Notes: generated from the sequence alone by a model not told the origin. A stretch of DNA of 64,000 nt from an uncultured Acidobacteriota bacterium (GCA_963770895.1 CAVYRF010000002.1:1856001-1920000), one strand, 5' to 3'; counted from the first letter of the stretch, positions 9,767 through 19,735 are shown. Numbers and translations: made by a program.

Positions 9767-10030
9767 CTAGCCGTTGCGGAGCGGCCTGCCCGACGACACG
9801 GAGAGGACACGCGCATCCTCTTCGAGACGCGCCAGGGCGTCCGGCTGCACGAAGGCAGTGAAGATCTGGGGCGTCAATCGCGTACGGAGCGCGATACAGG
9901 AAGGCACATAACCGTCCGACGCCACCCGGACGACGGCCAGCAGAGGACCGGCGCGGGCCGTGCGGGCAAGCCACCGCAAGCGAGGCTCGATCTTCCTGGA
10001 CATGGGCTCGATGAGCGTCGAGTCAGCCAT
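9767..10030 (-). CDS. Small (87 aa) stand-alone subtilase prodomain-like protein, candidate protease inhibitor
   Basis: RBS AAAGGA-CAAC-ATG at 10030. IEPRLRW...IFTAFVQPDALARLEEDARVLSVSSGRPLR aligns by eye with the prodomain of the upstream S8 protease (LEPRLRW...IVTARVPPHRVEEIGRLPFLQGLAAARPVR). Confidence 0.7.
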   Translation of the reverse strand: MADSTLIEPMSRKIEPRLRWLARTARAGPLLAVVRVASDGYVPSCIALRTRLTPQIFTAFVQPDALARLEEDARVLSVSSGRPLRNG

Positions 10031-10145
10031 GTTGTCCTTTTTCTTTTTGCCTGGCCTGCTCTCGCACTGCAAGGCAAAAATCCGAGTTTGGCGCTGGCTT
10101 CATGTATATCATAACCGCCCGCATTCGCTGCCGGTTCCACCGCAA

Positions 10146-12314
10146 TCAGGATGGTAACCGGTGGATCGCCTGGATCGCGGCGCGCGCTTCGATCCGCCCC
10201 CAGCCGTAGCGTTCGTGCCACACGTGATCGGGCGGCGAGACCCGCGCCGCGGCGCGCAGGATCTCGCGAATGCGCGTCATGGACAGGTGCAAACCGCGTG
10301 CCTTTGCCTCGGCAAGCATCAGCGCGACGACTCCGGTGACGGCGGGAGCCGCCATGCTCGTGCCGCTGAGCGGAATCCTCTGCGTGCCGCGGCGGGAGCA
10401 GGCCGCCTGGACCGCCTGGCCCGGTGCGCTCAGCTCCGGTTTCTGCCGCCCGTCACGAGTTGGACCGGCACTGGTGAACGCGGACAGCGGCGTGCCGGTG
10501 CTGGTCGCGTCATAGGAACCGACGACGATCGGTTCGCGGCCGCACGCGATGGACCCCAGCGTAAAGCTGCGATCGACAGGCTCCAGGAACCGCGCCGTAC
10601 GGTCCCGATACCTCTCCATCCAGGCGTGAAACGTGCCGTCGATGACGCGGCGCCCGCGCAGCCGCAGCCGCCATTCGCCCGCGGGAAGCGCCGGTCCCAT
10701 CGCGATCAAAACCTGGGCCGGCTCACCTGCCAGACCTCCGCCCACGTGGCTGAGCAAGCCGCCCACAGCGCCCGCCCTGCCCGTCAGCTCGACATCCGGA
10801 TCGCCCGCGGCCAGCGGCGGGGATACCAGCTTGCCGCGAGGATCGATCAGCTCGACGGTGAGGTCGTCGTCCGGCGAATACCAGCCTTCGATTTCGATCT
10901 GCCGCTGGCGCGAACGCCGCACCTGCCAGGAGATCTCGTGGCTGCCGTCCTGGCCGACATGCCCTGTCACGTGGATGCCGGCATCAAAGGTATTTCCCGC
11001 GGCGATCACGATGGCGCGGTCGGGCGCGCCGCCCAGCATTTCGTCCAGGAAGACCTCGACGATGGAGGAGCCGTCGTGGGGACCGGCGTCGGTCGCCAGG
11101 CTGAGGTTCACCACGCAGGGCCGGTCCCCTGCCTGGCGGAAGATGAACTCGACGGCGTTCATCAGCTGCGTCGAATCGCTGAGGGAGCTCCGGCGGCGGC
11201 CGTCTGCCGGCGACGCTTCGCCGGCAAGGCACACGAAGATCAGCTCCGCGCCCGGCGCGATGCCCGCGACTCCGGTGCCGCGTCCGCCGCCGGCGGCGAT
11301 ATCCATGACGTGCGTGCCGTGGGCGCTCAATTCCGGACGATAGCCGAGGGCCTTGTAGGGAGCGGCGGTTTGCAGAGCGGCGTCGATCTGCTCCCTGGTG
11401 TGGACGCCGGTGTCACCCTGTGCCTGATCCCAAAGCGCCAGCAGGCGGGTCTTGCCATCCTGCTGGCGAAAGTTGGGGTGCGCGAAGTCGCAACCGAAAT
11501 CGACGATGCCGACGATCGCGCCGCGACCAGGCTCTCCCGAGGTCAGCGCCGGCAGCTGCAGTGGGGCCGCCGCGGTCTCCTCGACGGTCCGGTGCAGGTC
11601 CGGGCGGACCGGTCGGGCGGCGGCCAAACCCTGCAGGAACGGCAGCCGGCCGATCTCTTCGACCCGGTGGGGCGGCACGCGTGCGGTCACGATCCATTCG
11701 CTTCCGGCGCGCCGCGGCACGGCGATGCCGTGCGCGATGCCGGTCACCTTCTCCCAGGACGGGAGGTCGGACACCCGTGCCGTCACCGGGATGGTTCCTC
11801 CGGTTGCTGCGAGCCGCTGCGCCGACTGGAGCTGCCAGCGGAGCCGCGGCTCAAGGACCACCCTGGAGCGTCGCGCCCGTTCGAGCAGCTTCGGCCAATC
11901 ATCGGCGAAGTCGCCCTTGTCGAATACGTCCTCGATCTCCAGCTCTCGCCGATTGATCAGGTCTTTCAGCGGTTTGTCATCGGAGAAGTTGGTCAGCACC
12001 AGCACTGGCAGGTCGGGCCGCTCGCTACGAATCCGTTCGATCAGGCCGGTCGTCGTTCTGGGATGTGTGCCCCAGTTCATGAAGGCGCCCGGCCTTTCTT
12101 CGGGCAGGCGCCAATCCAGGACGAAGGCAACCAATGTCGAGTCCGCGATCCATTCTGCAGCGGTGCTCAACCGCGCCGCCCTCTGGTACCGGATGGTACC
12201 CACCTCGGGCCAATAGCCGACGCTCCGCCCATCGGCGGGCTCATACGCATCGCTTTCATCGACGTGCGCAAGGTACCAACCTACCGGGGGCTGCGTGACG
12301 GGAGCCAGGGTCAC
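10146..12314 (-). CDS. Receiver (REC) domain - prodomain - S8 subtilase fusion, with Csp-type beta insertion; no signal peptide
   Basis: REC motifs HVDES, FVLDWRLP, VLVLTN, FDKG; catalytic triad IVGIVDFG / HGTHV / SGTSMAAP and oxyanion AAGN. GTG start at 12314 overlaps the kinase stop (GTGA). Confidence 0.9.
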   Translation of the reverse strand: MTLAPVTQPPVGWYLAHVDESDAYEPADGRSVGYWPEVGTIRYQRAARLSTAAEWIADSTLVAFVLDWRLPEERPGAFMNWGTHPRTTTGLIERIRSERPDLPVLVLTNFSDDKPLKDLINRRELEIEDVFDKGDFADDWPKLLERARRSRVVLEPRLRWQLQSAQRLAATGGTIPVTARVSDLPSWEKVTGIAHGIAVPRRAGSEWIVTARVPPHRVEEIGRLPFLQGLAAARPVRPDLHRTVEETAAAPLQLPALTSGEPGRGAIVGIVDFGCDFAHPNFRQQDGKTRLLALWDQAQGDTGVHTREQIDAALQTAAPYKALGYRPELSAHGTHVMDIAAGGGRGTGVAGIAPGAELIFVCLAGEASPADGRRRSSLSDSTQLMNAVEFIFRQAGDRPCVVNLSLATDAGPHDGSSIVEVFLDEMLGGAPDRAIVIAAGNTFDAGIHVTGHVGQDGSHEISWQVRRSRQRQIEIEGWYSPDDDLTVELIDPRGKLVSPPLAAGDPDVELTGRAGAVGGLLSHVGGGLAGEPAQVLIAMGPALPAGEWRLRLRGRRVIDGTFHAWMERYRDRTARFLEPVDRSFTLGSIACGREPIVVGSYDATSTGTPLSAFTSAGPTRDGRQKPELSAPGQAVQAACSRRGTQRIPLSGTSMAAPAVTGVVALMLAEAKARGLHLSMTRIREILRAAARVSPPDHVWHERYGWGRIEARAAIQAIHRLPS

Positions 12315-15300
12315 AGGGGTGTCGCCTCCTTGGGGAGCGTGACGGTGAAGGTGGTGCCGGCCGCTGGCCGGCAAGCGAACCGCACATCACCGCCGAGCCA
12401 TTGGACGTATCGATAGACCATGAAAAGGCCGAGGCCGAGTCCGGGGTGGTGGGTCTCCTCGGACTCCGAGTCGCCGCGAACGCCTTCGCCATAGAGCGAT
12501 GCGGCGATCGTCGCCGGCAGGCCGTCGCCCTCGTCGCGCACCTCGATGAACACCTCGCGACGGTGACGCCGAACGTCCAGCACGACCTCCGAGTCCGCGG
12601 GCGAGTACTTGCAGGCATTGTCGAGCAGGTTCTGCACGATGTCGCCGACCATCATCTGGTCGAGCATCACCTCCACCGGCTCGCGCCGCGCCTGCCAGTG
12701 GACGACGTGCGTGTCCTTGTAAAGGGATTGCACGATCCGGCGGCGAAATTCCATCTCCGCGACAAGATCGAACCGCTTGAGCAGGGTCGGTGGCGACATG
12801 CCCCGTACCATGCGCATGTAGTTCTGGTGGTTGGAGATCATCAGCGCGCAGTCCTCGGCGAGGTCTTTGAGATAGGACAGGTCGCCCGCGATCAACGACG
12901 CGGGCCGCCGCTCCAGGCGCTTCAGCACGTTGCGCATGGCGTTGATCGGGCTGCCGATGTGATGGAACTGGAGGGCTAGAAGGCGGTGCGTCTGCACGGA
13001 GCGGATGAACTCGTGGACCAGGAATTGCGGCACCATGCGGCACAGCGCGCGGGTCGAAGGGTCGGGAGCCGCTTCGCGTTCATAGGCAAAGAAGAGCAGG
13101 GCGTAGCGTTGCCCGTTGCGCAGCACCGGCACCACCTCACCCAGCAGGATGCCACCGCTGTCGAGCTTGAAGAGCTCCGGGGTTGGCGGATCGCCGAGCA
13201 GCGGCGCCGCCGCCAGCAGGTCGTCGGCTTCGCGCTTCAGCCGGCCGATTTCGATATCGGGCAGCAGGCGCTTGAGCTGCCGCCGGATCACGCTCGAATG
13301 GGTCATCGTCGCTGCGGCGTCGGAATTGAGGATCACCCCCTTTGCCGAGGGGTCCTTGGTCAACAGCAGCACGTGCTGGGCGCGGGCAAGCTCGCCATGG
13401 AGCGAGGCATAGTCGAGCAGGCGGCGCCGCAGGATGCCTTCATCGAAGGAGTCCTCGGGCTCTTCGGGAGCCTCCTGTTGCAGGAAACGCAGCGGCGCGA
13501 CGAAGTCGAATTCGATTTCGACCTGCCGTAGCACGGCGTCGCAGGCCGTCGCAAAGACCGCCGCGATCACTCCGCGCATCTTTTCGGTCACGTTCGCCTG
13601 GCGCACGACCAGCAGCCGGTCCGCCGAGCGCCGCAGCGCGCTGTACAGCGTCCGCGCCGCGGCGAAGGCGGCGCTGGGCGGCAGCTGCGAGATCTCGATC
13701 AGGCTCTGTGCGCACTGCGCCAGCGCCAGGCTGTGGTCTGCCGGCAGGTGCGAGCCTTCCCAGGCCAGTGTCCCGACGTGGGCTCGGGCGCTCTCCCGCA
13801 GGTGCGGATCGACCCCGCCGTCGAATGCGATGGCGATGCCGCAGAGGTTGTAGACGTCGCGGAAGGCTCTCTGGCTGGCGGTTTGCGCCGGCGCCTTGTG
13901 CAGCAGCCTGAACAGCGTGCGTCTGGCCTCGCCTCCCCGTGCGTCACCGGGTGGCGAGGAGCCGGCCTGGCACAGGGCGACGAGGATCTCGGTACAGCGC
14001 CTCTCCGCGGGCGGGTGCACTCGGTGGCGCCTGGCGACGAACTCGAGCACCGCCAGCCGGCAGGTGCCGTCCACCAGCGATGCCAGCAGGTCCCAATCCG
14101 AATAGCCGTAAGCCTGTTGCACTGCCTGTACGCAGCGGTACAGCTCGATTGCCAGCCAGGTGTCGTGTTGATCGAAGTGGCAGTCGCGGAGCCGCTGCAG
14201 CAGCATGGGGAGGAGATACGCGATCACCGGTTGGCGGGCGCTGCGGCGGACGTCGTACGCCATCATGCGACGGATCGCCTGCGAGGTGCGAAACGGCAGC
14301 GCCAGCCGTGGGTCGTTGAGCACCCGCTCGACCAGGAGGCTTTTCATCGAGCGGCCGCCGAAGCTTGCCAGCTCGCCGTTCAGCTCGTCGCCCAGAAAGA
14401 CCTCGAGCGCGGAGCCGTTCGAGTATCGGAAGAACATGTGCGCCACCACGAGCCGGCACCGCAGGTTGTCTTCGGAGGACTCGGGCCCCCAATTCCTGCA
14501 CAGGTCGTGGCACAGGTGTACCAGGCGGGCAAGCTGAGGGCGTAGGTCCGGCGACAAATCGCCGCAGCTGAATGCGGCCAGCCGGAAGGCGCAGCGCAGG
14601 GCGTAGCGCAATCGCAGGTTGGGGTGCCGGCCGCCGGGTGTCCTGATGTGGCCCGCCGCCAGCGTGATCAACTCAGGAAGCAGAGACGAAAAGCCCTCCT
14701 CGTCGTCGTAGCGCAACCGAAAAGCCAGCGCCGACGGGGCCTCGGTGGGCATGCCGACGCTGGCCAGCAGCCACGCCACCTCTTCGAGGGCCTGGCGCAG
14801 CATGGACGCGTCCAGGCCGGCTCCGGCGCCGGCGTCCGAGGAAGCCTTGTGGGCGATCGCTGCCAGCAGCTCAGGGATCAGTCTGCCGCTGTGCAGAGAG
14901 CTCTCGATGCTGGCGGTGAGCGACCGCTCCAGCGTTGCCGGCAGACGTGCTCCGGCGTGAGCGAGGGCGCCGGCCGCCGCGATGGCGATGTCGTGGTTCA
15001 GCCGCCGCACGCTTTCGGCGCGATGGCAAAGCGCCACGATGCGGATGCTCTTGTCGAAACAGGCCAGCGCCACCAGGGTGTGGCCGCGCTCCTCGTCTTC
15101 GCTGGCACTGAGTGGGGAGTCAGGCGCCGCGAGCAGCACCAGGTGCTCGATGGCCAGGGCGTCGGAGTCGGCCAGCCGGATCGCGTAGCTGTGCTCGATC
15201 GGGTCGTCCAGACGCACGACGTGCAGCAGACCCGCCGAGTCCGATGCCAGGAGAACCTGGCGCAGCCGTGGCGGCGGCTCCGGAAGGCCGGGGTCAACCG

Positions 15301-17854
15301 GTACGCCTGGCAGCAGCAGCCGGGTGAGCCCGCCGCCGGTGATGGATGCCGTGCCCCCCACCTCGGCAGCCCAGTCGACGACCAGCTCGGTTTCGCCATC
15401 CGGCACTGCGGCCGGCAGCCGCCGCAAGAGCACCAGGGTGCCGCTGGCATTGCCGATCATCAGCAGGCCGGGGCCGCAGGCGGCGATCATGCGTACGGCG
15501 GCGGCCGCTTCGTAGACCACCTTGCGGCGCGGGGCTCGCAGGTTGCGACCGTCAAACAGCAGCCGCAAGCAGCGACCGTTGTCACAGCCGGCGATCAGCT
15601 CGCCGGTGCCGTCGGCATCCGGGCACCATTCCAGCACGCGGACGGGCGTGTATCCGTCGCCGACGGCGGGAACCTCGGGTGGGCTCTCGTAGCGCACCTG
15701 CAGAGCGCCGTTGCCGGCCGTCACCCGCAGCAGTCCGACGTCTTCCCGCCGCCCTCCGACCGCGATGGCGCCTCCCGGCAGGAGCTTGAAGCCATAGATG
15801 AAGAAGGTTCCAGCGGCGCCTTCGACTGGCTGCGGCGGCGGCCAGCGCAGGCTCTCGGAGGCGCCGACCATGACGTCGGCAAGCGGCAACGAGGTCCATC
15901 CGCGGTCGCGATGGAAAAGGATCAGGTGCTGTCGGGCGGTGGCGGGGTCGCGCCATACGACAGCCTGTTGCAACCGCGTTATCGGGCCTTTTTCATCCTT
16001 GGCCCGGGTGGAGATCAGTCGCTGTCCAAAATTATCCAGCAGATAGGCAAATCCTTCGTCGTACGAAGTGGCAAGCAGCAGGAAGTCATCGCCGTCCCTG
16101 CCGGCCTCGATCTTCTGCAGGGTCGTGACAACCTGCGGCAGCTTGATCGAAGTCCGCTCCGTGTACAGCCGCTCAGCCAGCAAGGAGCGGTAGATCGCCG
16201 CGTCGTAGATGTGATCGCGGCCGTTCTGCTCGTTGAAGCGGGCCAATTTGTGCAAGTTCTGGCGCTTGTCGAAAAAGGACAGGCCGTCCAGGTTGTACTT
16301 GCCGATGTGATGCAGCAGATCCAGCGCAGTGGCGCAAAAGGGCTCATGGTGCTGCGCCACTTCGGCGACCCGCGACTGGACTTCCCGGCACCAGCCGGAG
16401 CCTGCGTCGATCAGCAGGTGGTAGACGATCAGCAGCAGCCGGCGATGGTCGGCGGGTCCCCAGGGCGCGCGCTCGACCTGCCGCAAAAGCCAGTCGCTGG
16501 TTCTGAACAGGAGGGCCAGCACATTACGCCGCAGCTCGCGATCGTCAGGTTGGGCCTGAAGATGCTTCAGCACCGTTGCGAGGTCGTCGATCCCGGCCGC
16601 CCGCGACCAATCCTGAACGCGCCGGTCGAACTCCTGCTTGGTGAGGATGCAAATTTCTTGCAGCTGGTGATTGCCGAGCGCCACAAAGATCGTCGTCGCT
16701 GGCACCGACCTCGCTGCGCCGCGGTCACGGACGGCGAGGGCCAGGACACGCTCGCCCAGCGGCACGGTGAACTGCCGGCCGGTGAACAGCCAGCTGGGCA
16801 TGGCAGACCGGCCGTCCATCACGATTTCCGGGGCATGGTAGAAGTGCAGGAAAGAGTCGTTGGCGCCCGCCGCCAGCCACAACGCGTCGCCGAAATCGAT
16901 CCAGGCGAGTGACGATACGCGGTCGGCGATCGGGCGATCGGTCACCAGGCGCGACTTCGACGTCCCCTCGCCGCCGGCGTCCGCGTGCCAATGGACGATG
17001 TATTTGACATTGCCGCCCTGCGCCACGGCCAGAACGTCGCAGGGCAAGGGCACGCATGCCGGCTGTGGCATCGCGGCCAAGGCGCGGATCGGTCCCGGCT
17101 CTCCCGACAGCCGGTCCGGATGTGACGCGAACGCTTCCGCGGGCGCGAAGTCGACTTGATACAGCCCGCCAAGCATGGTCCCGGCATAGATCCGTGGCGC
17201 GGGACTGCCTGGCCGCGGCTCCCCGGCGGCATAGAGCACGGCCACGGGCTCCCGCGGCGAGGCCAGACGCTGGCGATGGACCGACGGCGGTTCCGGCTTG
17301 GACGGCGGTTCCGGCTTGGCGGCAGGGAAGCCGATGGCTGCACGGACGATGCCGCCATCGGCCAGGCTCACCCAGAGCTCCCGCCGCCCTTCCAGGTAGA
17401 GCAGCGACAGGATGCGCGCCCCCAGGTCGATGCGATGGACGCGCCCGAGCTCGCTGTCGTCCACCCAAGCCGGCTTGCCGGTCTCGTAGTCAAGGAACTG
17501 CAATCCGCCGCCGCCGGCGCCGGCGGCGACCAGCGTTCTCTCGCTGCACGGATCGCAGCGCTCGGCCTGCTCCTCATGGCAATAGATCAGTGTGAGATCG
17601 TAGATCGGGCCTGCGGTGCCGCCTTGGCTGGTGTCCCCCGGCGAGGTCCAGACAACCTGCAAATCAAGGCCAAGCCGCAGGATCTGTCCGCTCTTGTCGC
17701 CGCAGAGGAGGCCGTTGTCCTCTTTCAGGCTATAGCGATCGATCAGTTTCAGCGATCGGGTCTCGTAGGCAAGCGTGAATTTGCCGAGCACCTCGTGGCG
17801 GCCGGAGACGTTGGGGTACTTCGATGGGAACCCTTCAGCGGGCGTGCGGTTCAT
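12311..17854 (-). CDS. Giant soluble sensor histidine kinase with WD40-like beta-propeller and helical regions
   Basis: H-box FHHIGSPIN, N-box NLLDNACKYS, G1 VRDEGDG, G2 GLGLGL, GTTFTVTLP. N-terminal blades such as LWVSLADGGI, LAAGANDSFLHFY, LIAGCDNGRC, LACFDKSIRI. No TM segment seen. Confidence 0.9.
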   Translation of the reverse strand: MNRTPAEGFPSKYPNVSGRHEVLGKFTLAYETRSLKLIDRYSLKEDNGLLCGDKSGQILRLGLDLQVVWTSPGDTSQGGTAGPIYDLTLIYCHEEQAERCDPCSERTLVAAGAGGGGLQFLDYETGKPAWVDDSELGRVHRIDLGARILSLLYLEGRRELWVSLADGGIVRAAIGFPAAKPEPPSKPEPPSVHRQRLASPREPVAVLYAAGEPRPGSPAPRIYAGTMLGGLYQVDFAPAEAFASHPDRLSGEPGPIRALAAMPQPACVPLPCDVLAVAQGGNVKYIVHWHADAGGEGTSKSRLVTDRPIADRVSSLAWIDFGDALWLAAGANDSFLHFYHAPEIVMDGRSAMPSWLFTGRQFTVPLGERVLALAVRDRGAARSVPATTIFVALGNHQLQEICILTKQEFDRRVQDWSRAAGIDDLATVLKHLQAQPDDRELRRNVLALLFRTSDWLLRQVERAPWGPADHRRLLLIVYHLLIDAGSGWCREVQSRVAEVAQHHEPFCATALDLLHHIGKYNLDGLSFFDKRQNLHKLARFNEQNGRDHIYDAAIYRSLLAERLYTERTSIKLPQVVTTLQKIEAGRDGDDFLLLATSYDEGFAYLLDNFGQRLISTRAKDEKGPITRLQQAVVWRDPATARQHLILFHRDRGWTSLPLADVMVGASESLRWPPPQPVEGAAGTFFIYGFKLLPGGAIAVGGRREDVGLLRVTAGNGALQVRYESPPEVPAVGDGYTPVRVLEWCPDADGTGELIAGCDNGRCLRLLFDGRNLRAPRRKVVYEAAAAVRMIAACGPGLLMIGNASGTLVLLRRLPAAVPDGETELVVDWAAEVGGTASITGGGLTRLLLPGVPVDPGLPEPPPRLRQVLLASDSAGLLHVVRLDDPIEHSYAIRLADSDALAIEHLVLLAAPDSPLSASEDEERGHTLVALACFDKSIRIVALCHRAESVRRLNHDIAIAAAGALAHAGARLPATLERSLTASIESSLHSGRLIPELLAAIAHKASSDAGAGAGLDASMLRQALEEVAWLLASVGMPTEAPSALAFRLRYDDEEGFSSLLPELITLAAGHIRTPGGRHPNLRLRYALRCAFRLAAFSCGDLSPDLRPQLARLVHLCHDLCRNWGPESSEDNLRCRLVVAHMFFRYSNGSALEVFLGDELNGELASFGGRSMKSLLVERVLNDPRLALPFRTSQAIRRMMAYDVRRSARQPVIAYLLPMLLQRLRDCHFDQHDTWLAIELYRCVQAVQQAYGYSDWDLLASLVDGTCRLAVLEFVARRHRVHPPAERRCTEILVALCQAGSSPPGDARGGEARRTLFRLLHKAPAQTASQRAFRDVYNLCGIAIAFDGGVDPHLRESARAHVGTLAWEGSHLPADHSLALAQCAQSLIEISQLPPSAAFAAARTLYSALRRSADRLLVVRQANVTEKMRGVIAAVFATACDAVLRQVEIEFDFVAPLRFLQQEAPEEPEDSFDEGILRRRLLDYASLHGELARAQHVLLLTKDPSAKGVILNSDAAATMTHSSVIRRQLKRLLPDIEIGRLKREADDLLAAAPLLGDPPTPELFKLDSGGILLGEVVPVLRNGQRYALLFFAYEREAAPDPSTRALCRMVPQFLVHEFIRSVQTHRLLALQFHHIGSPINAMRNVLKRLERRPASLIAGDLSYLKDLAEDCALMISNHQNYMRMVRGMSPPTLLKRFDLVAEMEFRRRIVQSLYKDTHVVHWQARREPVEVMLDQMMVGDIVQNLLDNACKYSPADSEVVLDVRRHRREVFIEVRDEGDGLPATIAASLYGEGVRGDSESEETHHPGLGLGLFMVYRYVQWLGGDVRFACRPAAGTTFTVTLPKEATPL
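17283..17318. repeat. 18-bp tandem duplication in the kinase (KPEPPS x2)
   Basis: gacggcggttccggcttg occurs twice in tandem, in frame. Confidence 0.85.
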
Positions 17855-17932
17855 TCTGAATTGGACAGGTGAGTGCAGGCCACAATCACTACATGGTCAC
17901 ACGGAACAAATCGCTGCGAAATTTCTATGGCA

Positions 17933-17961
17933 AAGCTATCACCGGCCCCTGGGTTATGCAA
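17933..17961 (-). promoter_or_regulatory. Candidate sigma70 promoter of the kinase-protease unit
   Basis: Minus strand TTGCAT-17 bp-TAGCTT with extended -10 TG, in an AT-rich gap 78 bp before the ATG. Confidence 0.45.
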
Positions 17962-18043
17962 TGTTTAGCATACTGCGCACATGTCTATATCATGATCAAC
18001 GGACGCGCCGTTGCGGTGGTGAGCCGATGTCGCGATCCGCGCG

Positions 18044-19231
18044 CTACAGCGGCGCCAGCAGCAGCAGGGCCAGGAGCGCGGCGCGCTCGGGCAGGCGATC
18101 GACGACGATGTGTTCGTGGGCGGCGTGGGCGCCGTCGCCGACGGCTCCCAGGCCGTCCAGGGTGGCGGTGTACAGGCTGGTGGTGTTGCCGTCGGAGCCT
18201 CCTCCGGCGGTGCTTTCGTCGAGCTGGAAACCGAGCTGCGCGGCGGCGCGCTGGGCGGCGGCGATGAGGGTCTGGTTGCGCGGGGTGCGCTCCAGGGGCG
18301 GCAGGTCGACGCGGTCGGTGATCTCGATGCGGGTGCCGGGCACGATTGGACGCAGGGCCGCGATGCGGTCTTCCAGCTGCGTGCGGGCGGCCATGGTCAG
18401 GGTGCGGACGCCGACCTGGGCGGTGGCCAGGGGTGGGATGACGTTGATCCTTTCGCCTCCGGCGATGGTGGCGACGTTGATCAGGGTGCCTTGCGCCGGG
18501 TCGGCGAGCTGGTGCAGGGCCTGGATGACGTGGGCCAGCTCCAGGATGGCGCTGGCTCCCTTCTCCGGCTCCAGGCCGGAGTGCGCGGCCCTGCCGTGGA
18601 CGGTGACGGTGAATTGGCCGAAACCCTTGCGGCGGGTCTTCAGCCGCCCTTCCGGTCCCAGCGCCGGCTCCAGCACGTAGACGCGGGCCATGCGCCGCGC
18701 CAGGTGCGCGACCGCGGGCCGCGAATCGCAGCTGAAGATCTCTTCGTCGGAGTTGATGAAGACCACCGGCGTGGCGGGCGGTTCCAGCCCCAGCTCGCGC
18801 AGGGCGCGCAGGGCGAAGAGCGCCTGGGTCAGGCCGGCTTTCATGTCGAAGACGCCGGGGCCGTACAGACGGCCGTCCCGCAGGACGACCGGCATCTGCT
18901 CCAGGGTTCCCAGGGGCCACACGGTGTCGACGTGCCCGAGCAGCAGCTGCGCCCGGCGTCCGTGCCTCCGCCGCGCCGGCACCGCCAGGAGCTGGCCGCC
19001 GCTGCTGACGCCGCGCCGCCGCCGGACTTTGTAGCCGCAGTCCGCCAGGGCCGCCGCCAGCAGGTCGAAGGCCGGTCCCTGCGCCTCGGGGCAGAGCGAG
19101 GGCGTCTCGATCAGCGCCAGCCGGCACAGAAAGTCGAGCATCTGGTCCTGGCGGTCCCGCAGCCAGGCCAGCAGGTCCTTTGCAGTTGCCGCCGGCACGC
19201 CGATCAGGGTCGAAGGGGTGTTCTCGAGCAC
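18044..19231 (-). CDS. M20 metallopeptidase (glutamate carboxypeptidase G2-like)
   Basis: LLGHVDTVW, GPGVFDMKAG, NSDEEI, GRAAHSG, GGGSDGN, DGLG...GAHAAHE. Confidence 0.93.
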   Translation of the reverse strand: MLENTPSTLIGVPAATAKDLLAWLRDRQDQMLDFLCRLALIETPSLCPEAQGPAFDLLAAALADCGYKVRRRRGVSSGGQLLAVPARRRHGRRAQLLLGHVDTVWPLGTLEQMPVVLRDGRLYGPGVFDMKAGLTQALFALRALRELGLEPPATPVVFINSDEEIFSCDSRPAVAHLARRMARVYVLEPALGPEGRLKTRRKGFGQFTVTVHGRAAHSGLEPEKGASAILELAHVIQALHQLADPAQGTLINVATIAGGERINVIPPLATAQVGVRTLTMAARTQLEDRIAALRPIVPGTRIEITDRVDLPPLERTPRNQTLIAAAQRAAAQLGFQLDESTAGGGSDGNTTSLYTATLDGLGAVGDGAHAAHEHIVVDRLPERAALLALLLLAPL

Positions 19232-19399
19232 CGGACCGAAGTGTAAGGCCTCTTGCCACGGCCTCGTCCAGCTCGATCCCCGCCCTGGGCGCCGCGGTCT
19301 GGCGGCGGGGACTGGGAACTTCTGTGGCTGGGTTCCGTATACAGGGAGAGAGGCCGAGTGGCTGATCGCGATCTTTCAGGAGATGCCGCAGTGCCCCAG

Positions 19400-19735
19400 A
19401 TGCCAAAGGCGGAATCGGTGGTGGTTCTCATCATGTCCCTGGCGACCCTCGGCATGACGGCCGCCGCGCTGGTCCAGCTCGCGCACGAGCCGGGCTGGAC
19501 CGCGGTCGTTGCGGCGCCGTCGGCAGGTGCCGCCGCAACGCCAGCGGCCGCGCCGGCAACCGTGCTGCCCGGCAGGCCCGCTGCGCCGGCGGCCAGGGCG
19601 CTGCCGGATGCCGGTCCCGAGGTTTGCCGGCTGGATCGCAAGGCGTCGCCTGCCGGCGCGCCCGCCCCGGCAGAGCGAAGCGGCGACGGCCACCGGACCT
19701 GTCGGGGCTCGCACCCTCCAGCGCGTCCAACCTGA
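19400..19735 (+). CDS. Hypothetical small membrane-anchored or secreted protein
   Basis: AGGAG upstream; hydrophobic N-terminus (VVVLIMSLATLGMTAAALVQL), then Ala/Pro-rich. Start could be GTG 19391. Confidence 0.4.
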   Translation: MPKAESVVVLIMSLATLGMTAAALVQLAHEPGWTAVVAAPSAGAAATPAAAPATVLPGRPAAPAARALPDAGPEVCRLDRKASPAGAPAPAERSGDGHRTCRGSHPPARPT

